Assembly: GCA_021648145.1 (NCBI GenBank)
Contig: JAKITI010000007.1
Coordinates: 1,018-65,017, forward strand
Length of the DNA: 64,000 nt
Reading direction: 5' to 3'
Origin: Gammaproteobacteria bacterium
Lineage (GTDB): Bacteria > Pseudomonadota > Gammaproteobacteria > JAADGQ01
The translations under genes and the position numbers were made by a program. The number at the start of each line of letters is the position of its first letter. Position 1 is the first letter of the stretch. This document shows, one piece after another, positions 58,837 to 64,000 of the stretch. The notes below the pieces were generated by a model. That model searched no databases. It saw only the letters and a program-made list of their open reading frames with translations, and was not told the origin of the DNA.

Positions 58837-61272
58837 ATGTTACCCATGCTACGAAGACCGGTGATTGCATTGCTGGCCGGAGCAGTGCTGTATTCGGATA
58901 TTTCAACGGTGACTGCTGCTCCGATAGTAAACCCAAAAGTTGTACACCACTCAGCGGTAGAACAGGCACGCCAAGGCCAGCATGGAGCGGCACTGAAACA
59001 ACTCAACTCACTCGTTCAGGCTTACCCTGACAATCTGTTATTTCGTTACGACTATATTAATACGCTTGCTTGGGCCGAGCGTGATGAAGAGGTACTGGCA
59101 CAATTACCTCATATTGATTTTGAGCAGGCGCCTACCTACGTTCTCAGAGCCATTGGTAAATCTGCACGCAACCGGCAACACCCCAATGTGGCCATCCAGG
59201 CTTATCGTGCAGCACTGAAACAGACCCCTAATGAGCGGCAAACTCAACTAGGTCTTGCCATGAGTCTGGCTGAAGCCAAACAGCCTGTTAAAGCTAAAAA
59301 ACAAATCCAGTCTTTGCTTAAAACTGATCCCGGATCTATCGAGTTATTAAAAACACTGGCCTATATAAAAGAGGTTGATCATGATTACGCAGGTGCTTTT
59401 GATATTTATGATCGACTGTTAGTCATTGAACCTAACAATAAAAGTATTCGATATGCTCGGGTTATGAGCTTACTCCAACTGGGTGTTCCTCATGAAGCAC
59501 TGCAGTTTGCCCGTCGCGATACCAGTTTATTCACTCCCGAAGAGTGGAATCGAATGCTTGGCGATCAGGCGGCAATAGAAATACGTTGGGGACAACAGCG
59601 TGTAGTGGAGCCATCCCAACGTTATTTCAATACCGATAAAGCAATTGAGCTGCTAAAAAATCAACTCAATAATATAACGAATAAAACATCTCCAGCGTAT
59701 CTGCGTAATCGCTTTGATCTTATTGCAGCGTATCGTAATCGACGTTATATGCGTGAAGCCACTAGGCTGTATGAACAGTTACGTAAAGAGGGTGTAAAGC
59801 ATTTTCCTCCTTATGTGCAAGCACTTGTTGGTGATGCTTATTTATCACAGCGTCAACCCGAGCAAGCCATTACCTTGCTGGAAAAATCCATCAATAAAGA
59901 TCCTCACAATCTGGATGCACAATATTCACTGTATTACGCTTACCTTGAGGCAGGTCGTTATGAGCAATCACTGACTCATATTGATGCCCTTGATAATTCA
60001 TTGCCGCAATGGATATGGCCACCAGGCAGCAAGGAAAAGCAGCTCAATTTTGATAAATTATATGCTAGTACTGTTTCTTCCATGGCTCGTGCCTATACTG
60101 GAAAACTGGGTCAGGCTGAAAATAGGCTTAATGCCCTGTTAGCTCAGGATCCCGATAATACTGGTGCGCAAACCAGTCTTGCTCACGTTTTTTTATGGCG
60201 AGGCTGGCCACGTCTGGCCTTGGAAAAGTACCAGAGCGTGCTGGCTCAAGATTCAGATAATACGGAAGCTAAAACAGGCATTGTCAGTGCGCTGTCTGCT
60301 CGTGGTAATTTCGCAGAATCAGAGGCAGTGTTGAAGCCACTTCAATACCAATATAGCGATTACCTGCAAGTAAAAAACCTGACTCGGGAAGTCAATATTC
60401 GTAAAATGCGAGAGGTATGGCTCGAAGTGAATGGTGGCTCCAGTAGCGATACTACACTCTATCAGGGCAGCAGTGATCTGGGGTTTACAGCCTACTACTA
60501 TGATCGACCCTGGCGTTTGGGGCTTCGCTCCTTTGCTTATCTATCACACCTTCAGGGTAATTTTTCTGGGGAAACAGCAACCCGTAACCGAGGGGGCATC
60601 GGGTTTCATTATCAACAACAAGATGTTGTGCTCAGAGGTAATGTCAGTGGTGGTGATGGGTCTGCGGGGCTCTCTCTGCAGGGGAGCTGGAATCCAACCG
60701 ATCATTGGCAGGGAAGCCTTGCTATAGAAACATTCAGCGATGAAACACCATTAAGAGCTGATCTGGCAGGTGTTAAAGCACGGTCTCTGAATGTCGGTAC
60801 AAAGTATCGTTTTCACGAAAGCCGCAGCTTGGGAGCTTCTATTCAATATATGGATTTCGATGATGGCAATCAACGAAATACGCTTTCTGTGTTTGGCCAG
60901 CAACGTCTTTTCACGGGCTTGCGTTACAAGTTAGCGAGTGAGTTGTATCTCTACCATCAAACGAATTCAGTAGATAATGCGGCCTATTTTAATCCTTCAA
61001 AACAAAGCTCTGTTGAACTGAGCTTTAATAATGAGTGGCTGACCTTTATGCATTATGAAAAATCAATGCGCCAACGCTTCAAGATCGGAATTGGCTCAAG
61101 CAGCCAACAAAACTTTGATACAAAACCAACCTGGATGGTGAGCTATGAACATTACTGGAGCTTTAGTCAGCAGTTGAGCTTGGCTTACGGTATGAGTCGC
61201 TCCAAACCTGTTTACGATGGTGTGAAAGAGTCTTTTATCCGTGGGTTTATGAACTTATATATAAGGTTTTGA
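58837..61272 (+). CDS. pgaA: poly-beta-1,6-N-acetyl-D-glucosamine export porin PgaA
   Basis: Signal peptide, N-terminal TPR repeats and a C-terminal beta-barrel. It lies upstream of pgaBCD. The ORF could start further upstream (GTG 58768). Confidence 0.8.
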   Translation: MLPMLRRPVIALLAGAVLYSDISTVTAAPIVNPKVVHHSAVEQARQGQHGAALKQLNSLVQAYPDNLLFRYDYINTLAWAERDEEVLAQLPHIDFEQAPTYVLRAIGKSARNRQHPNVAIQAYRAALKQTPNERQTQLGLAMSLAEAKQPVKAKKQIQSLLKTDPGSIELLKTLAYIKEVDHDYAGAFDIYDRLLVIEPNNKSIRYARVMSLLQLGVPHEALQFARRDTSLFTPEEWNRMLGDQAAIEIRWGQQRVVEPSQRYFNTDKAIELLKNQLNNITNKTSPAYLRNRFDLIAAYRNRRYMREATRLYEQLRKEGVKHFPPYVQALVGDAYLSQRQPEQAITLLEKSINKDPHNLDAQYSLYYAYLEAGRYEQSLTHIDALDNSLPQWIWPPGSKEKQLNFDKLYASTVSSMARAYTGKLGQAENRLNALLAQDPDNTGAQTSLAHVFLWRGWPRLALEKYQSVLAQDSDNTEAKTGIVSALSARGNFAESEAVLKPLQYQYSDYLQVKNLTREVNIRKMREVWLEVNGGSSSDTTLYQGSSDLGFTAYYYDRPWRLGLRSFAYLSHLQGNFSGETATRNRGGIGFHYQQQDVVLRGNVSGGDGSAGLSLQGSWNPTDHWQGSLAIETFSDETPLRADLAGVKARSLNVGTKYRFHESRSLGASIQYMDFDDGNQRNTLSVFGQQRLFTGLRYKLASELYLYHQTNSVDNAAYFNPSKQSSVELSFNNEWLTFMHYEKSMRQRFKIGIGSSSQQNFDTKPTWMVSYEHYWSFSQQLSLAYGMSRSKPVYDGVKESFIRGFMNLYIRF

Positions 61273-62669
61273 TGATGAATTTTCCAAAAAAAATAAAAAA
61301 ATATTTTTTCTGTCAGAGGCTGCATTATTTTTGGGTTACTCTGCTATTTTTGGCAATAATCACCCCCGTGCATGCGGAGCTTATTGTGCTCTCCTATCAT
61401 GAAGCCAATCATAAGCTTGATCAAGATGCAGATTTTGATGCCATGACGCTTAAGACCTCTGAGCTGGCAGCACAATTTTCCTGGCTCAAAGAGCACGACT
61501 ATGTCGTGATCGGTATTGATGATTTATTGGCCGCTCAAAAAGGGGTGCGTGCTTTACCTGATAAAGCCGTGCTGCTCAGCTTTGATGATGGCTATCTGGG
61601 AATGTATACACAAGTTTATCCACTGCTGCGTGCTTTTGACTATCAGGCCGTGATTGCATTAGTTGGACGCTGGATGGAGACACCTGGCGGAAAAACTGTG
61701 ATGTATGGCTCCAAGCCCGTAGCTCGTGAAAAATTTTTAAGCTGGGCTCAAATTCGGGAGATGGTGAAATCTGGATATGTAGAAGTCGCTTCTCATAGCT
61801 ATGATCTTCATCATGGCATCATAGCCAACCCACAAGGCAACACACAGCCTGCTGCTATCAGTCAGCACTATAGTACTGATATCGGCGAATACGAAAGTGA
61901 TAAACAGTATCGTCAACGTATTTATAATGATCTGAAACGTAACTCAGACCTTATTGTCCGAAAAACAGGTCAAAAACCACGAGTGCTTGTGTGGCCTTAC
62001 GGTGCTTATAATCGCATCACCACCGACATTGCTCAAAAACTTGATATGCCTATTACGATGAGCCTTGAAGAGGAAAAAGTAGATATCAAGAGTTCTGATA
62101 GCATAAACCGACTACTGATTGGCCACGGAATTACGCTAGCTGACTTTATCTGGCAAATCACCAATCATTACAAACCTAAAAAAGAGCTTGTACGTGCAGT
62201 CAATCTCAATCTTGATGATATCTATGATCCAGACCCCAAACAACAAGAAAAAAATCTGGGAAAATTTCTTGAACGGGTCAAAAAACACCACATAAACAGA
62301 GTCTACTTACAGGCATTCTCTGATCCGGATGGTGATGGTGGTGTAGATACAGTGTATTTTCCTAACCGCCATTTTCCGGTACGTGCTGATCTGTTTAATC
62401 GAGTGGCTTGGCAGCTACGGACACGTACTGGATCTAAAGTCTACGCCTGGATTCCCCCTGAAGCCTTTGATCCAAAAACTACCTACTTATCTGGTGATCT
62501 CTACGAAGATTTGGCCAAGTACGCGTCTATAGATGGCCTGATTTTTTATCATGGTGAGTTAAGTGATTATGAACATGAGCTGGCTGAACGTGCTCGCCTC
62601 TATCGTCCTCAGCTCAAAATTGCACATCAACAAGCGGGTTTATCTCCCATGATTTTGGAGAAAAACTGA
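61272..62669 (+). CDS. pgaB: poly-beta-1,6-N-acetyl-D-glucosamine N-deacetylase PgaB
   Basis: Polysaccharide deacetylase domain (LSFDDGY, H-x-H metal site) plus a C-terminal GH-like domain. The start overlaps the pgaA stop. Confidence 0.85.
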   Translation: MMNFPKKIKKYFFCQRLHYFWVTLLFLAIITPVHAELIVLSYHEANHKLDQDADFDAMTLKTSELAAQFSWLKEHDYVVIGIDDLLAAQKGVRALPDKAVLLSFDDGYLGMYTQVYPLLRAFDYQAVIALVGRWMETPGGKTVMYGSKPVAREKFLSWAQIREMVKSGYVEVASHSYDLHHGIIANPQGNTQPAAISQHYSTDIGEYESDKQYRQRIYNDLKRNSDLIVRKTGQKPRVLVWPYGAYNRITTDIAQKLDMPITMSLEEEKVDIKSSDSINRLLIGHGITLADFIWQITNHYKPKKELVRAVNLNLDDIYDPDPKQQEKNLGKFLERVKKHHINRVYLQAFSDPDGDGGVDTVYFPNRHFPVRADLFNRVAWQLRTRTGSKVYAWIPPEAFDPKTTYLSGDLYEDLAKYASIDGLIFYHGELSDYEHELAERARLYRPQLKIAHQQAGLSPMILEKN

Positions 62670-62671
62670 TC

Positions 62672-63934
62672 ATGGAATATTGGCTTTCAATCTATCTGAA
62701 TCTGGCACTTAACCTGGCTTACTACTACCCTTTAGTCATGGCTTATGTCTGGATGGTGGGCGGAGTGTACTATTATAATAAATGGGAGCGTGGGCAGCCA
62801 GTTGGTGGAGATGCGATTGCATTGCCATATTATCCTCCCGTTAGTATTTTGATACCTTGTCATAATGAAGGCGCAAACCTGCGTGAGACCATCTCGGTAC
62901 TGCTTAACCAGAATTATCCTGATTTTGATATTATTGCGATCAATGACGGAAGCAGTGACAACACAGGAGAGCTGCTGGATGAGTTGTGCCAGAAATCCCC
63001 TCGTTTACACGTTGTACATCTGAATGAAAACCAGGGAAAAGCCATGGCTCTGAATGTCGGAGCCATGATGTCTTCCAGCGAGTTTCTGATCTGTATTGAT
63101 GGCGATGCATTACTGGGCACTAATGCAACGAATAGGATGATGCAGCACTTTATTCGTGGTTCTAATGTAGGTGCTGTGACCGGAAACCCACGGGTACGCA
63201 CCCGCTCTACACTAATCGGGAAAATACAGGTCGGTGAATTTTCATCAATTGTTGGCTTAATCAAACGCGCACAGCGTATTTATGGTCGAATATTCAGCAT
63301 ATCAGGTGTTGTTTCCGGGTTCCGAAAATCAGCCTTGCAAGATGCTGGATATTGGAGTGTGGATGCGATCACTGAGGATATTGATATCAGCTGGAAGCTA
63401 CAGTTAAAAGGCTGGGATATCCGTTTTGAACCCAATGCCTTGTGCTGGATCTTAATGCCGGAAACATTTAAAGGTCTGTGGCAGCAACGTCTTCGCTGGG
63501 CTCAGGGAGGGGTCGAAGTCTTTACCCGTTATTTTTTACAAATTATACGCCTGCGCCATCGGCGCTTATGGTTGTTAATGGCTGAATATTTTATCAGCAT
63601 ACTGTGGACTTATGCCGTTGTCTCTCTGCTTGTGCTATGGCCTCTGATGCAATTTATTCCTAACATGGAAGAGACTAAAACGTTTTCCCTTCTGCCCAGT
63701 TCGGCAGGCTTATTACTGGCAATGACTTGTCTGATTCAGTTTGCTGTGAGCTTTTATATTGATGCTCGTTATGAAAGAGGCTTAGGGAAAATTTATTACT
63801 GGATAGTTTGGTATCCCTTGATTTATTGGCTAATTAACCTGATCACACTTGCTGTAGCTATACCTTTAACACTACTGAGAACCCGTAAAAAACGTGCTAT
63901 ATGGACGAGCCCTGACAGAGGAGTACGACCATGA
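62672..63934 (+). CDS. pgaC: poly-beta-1,6-N-acetyl-D-glucosamine synthase PgaC (GT2)
   Basis: GT2 motifs DGSSDNT, DGD and QQRLRWAQG (QxxRW), plus TM helices. Confidence 0.9.
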   Translation: MEYWLSIYLNLALNLAYYYPLVMAYVWMVGGVYYYNKWERGQPVGGDAIALPYYPPVSILIPCHNEGANLRETISVLLNQNYPDFDIIAINDGSSDNTGELLDELCQKSPRLHVVHLNENQGKAMALNVGAMMSSSEFLICIDGDALLGTNATNRMMQHFIRGSNVGAVTGNPRVRTRSTLIGKIQVGEFSSIVGLIKRAQRIYGRIFSISGVVSGFRKSALQDAGYWSVDAITEDIDISWKLQLKGWDIRFEPNALCWILMPETFKGLWQQRLRWAQGGVEVFTRYFLQIIRLRHRRLWLLMAEYFISILWTYAVVSLLVLWPLMQFIPNMEETKTFSLLPSSAGLLLAMTCLIQFAVSFYIDARYERGLGKIYYWIVWYPLIYWLINLITLAVAIPLTLLRTRKKRAIWTSPDRGVRP

Positions 63935-64000
63935 ATACATTAATAATTCAAAGCCCCCACAACCAAGGCATACTACGCAAATATACACAGAGCTCGATGA
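63931..64000 (+). CDS. pgaD: PgaD, N-terminal fragment (cut by window end)
   Basis: The ATG overlaps the pgaC stop (ATGA). MNTLIIQSP resembles the PgaD N-terminus. Confidence 0.5.
   Translation, partial: MNTLIIQSPHNQGILRKYTQSSM

Overview
This 64-kb window looks like a gammaproteobacterial chromosome segment of about 42% GC. It mixes housekeeping genes with several accessory blocks. Housekeeping genes include gmk, apbE, aspA, uvrB, tatC, psd, rpmB-rpmG, radC, recB-recD, tsaB and a class I aminotransferase. The accessory blocks are listed below.

- **Carrier-protein cassette (about 3.4-6.9 kb):** a small acyl-carrier protein, an acyl-CoA-dehydrogenase-like enzyme and a roughly 300-aa class-II seryl-tRNA-synthetase-like protein, which I read as an amino acid:[carrier protein] ligase. 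A translationally coupled unknown protein follows.
- **Tailoring/hydrolase genes (6.9-15 kb):** a GH2 beta-mannosidase-like hydrolase, a double alpha/beta hydrolase, two SAM methyltransferases, a FemAB/GNAT-like acyltransferase and a sulfotransferase. Together with the cassette this looks like an uncharacterised small-molecule biosynthetic island.
- **Giant secreted proteins (36.7-50.2 kb):** calcium-binding FG-GAP beta-propeller and thrombospondin-type-3 repeat proteins, two of which end in a GlyGly-CTERM (rhombosortase-type) sorting signal.
  - A 1350-codon ORF reads as two complete proteins fused in frame: an FG-GAP/TSP3 protein with a GlyGly-CTERM tail, then an OmpA-family TSP3 protein with its own signal peptide.
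  - A 999-aa cohesin-like/LamG protein lies between the giants.
  - A decayed IS200-like (REP-associated tyrosine transposase, RAYT) remnant flanked by inverted REP-like repeats lies between the giants.
  - A 1980-aa protein is built from four tandem 7-bladed propeller modules.
- **EndoU module:** a Sec-secreted eukaryote-type EndoU/XendoU endoribonuclease homolog is translationally coupled to a polytopic membrane protein.
- **Other elements:**
  - an IS1-family insB pseudogene
  - a TonB-dependent receptor with exbB-exbD-tonB and a candidate Fur box
  - a Fur/PerR-like regulator beside a di-heme cytochrome c peroxidase
  - a vapBC toxin-antitoxin pair
  - a PAS histidine kinase with a FixJ/LuxR response regulator
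  - a PilZ protein with an orphan FimT/GspH-like pseudopilin
  - pgaABCD, the PNAG biofilm operon, with pgaD truncated by the window end

No rRNA, tRNA or CRISPR array was recognised.
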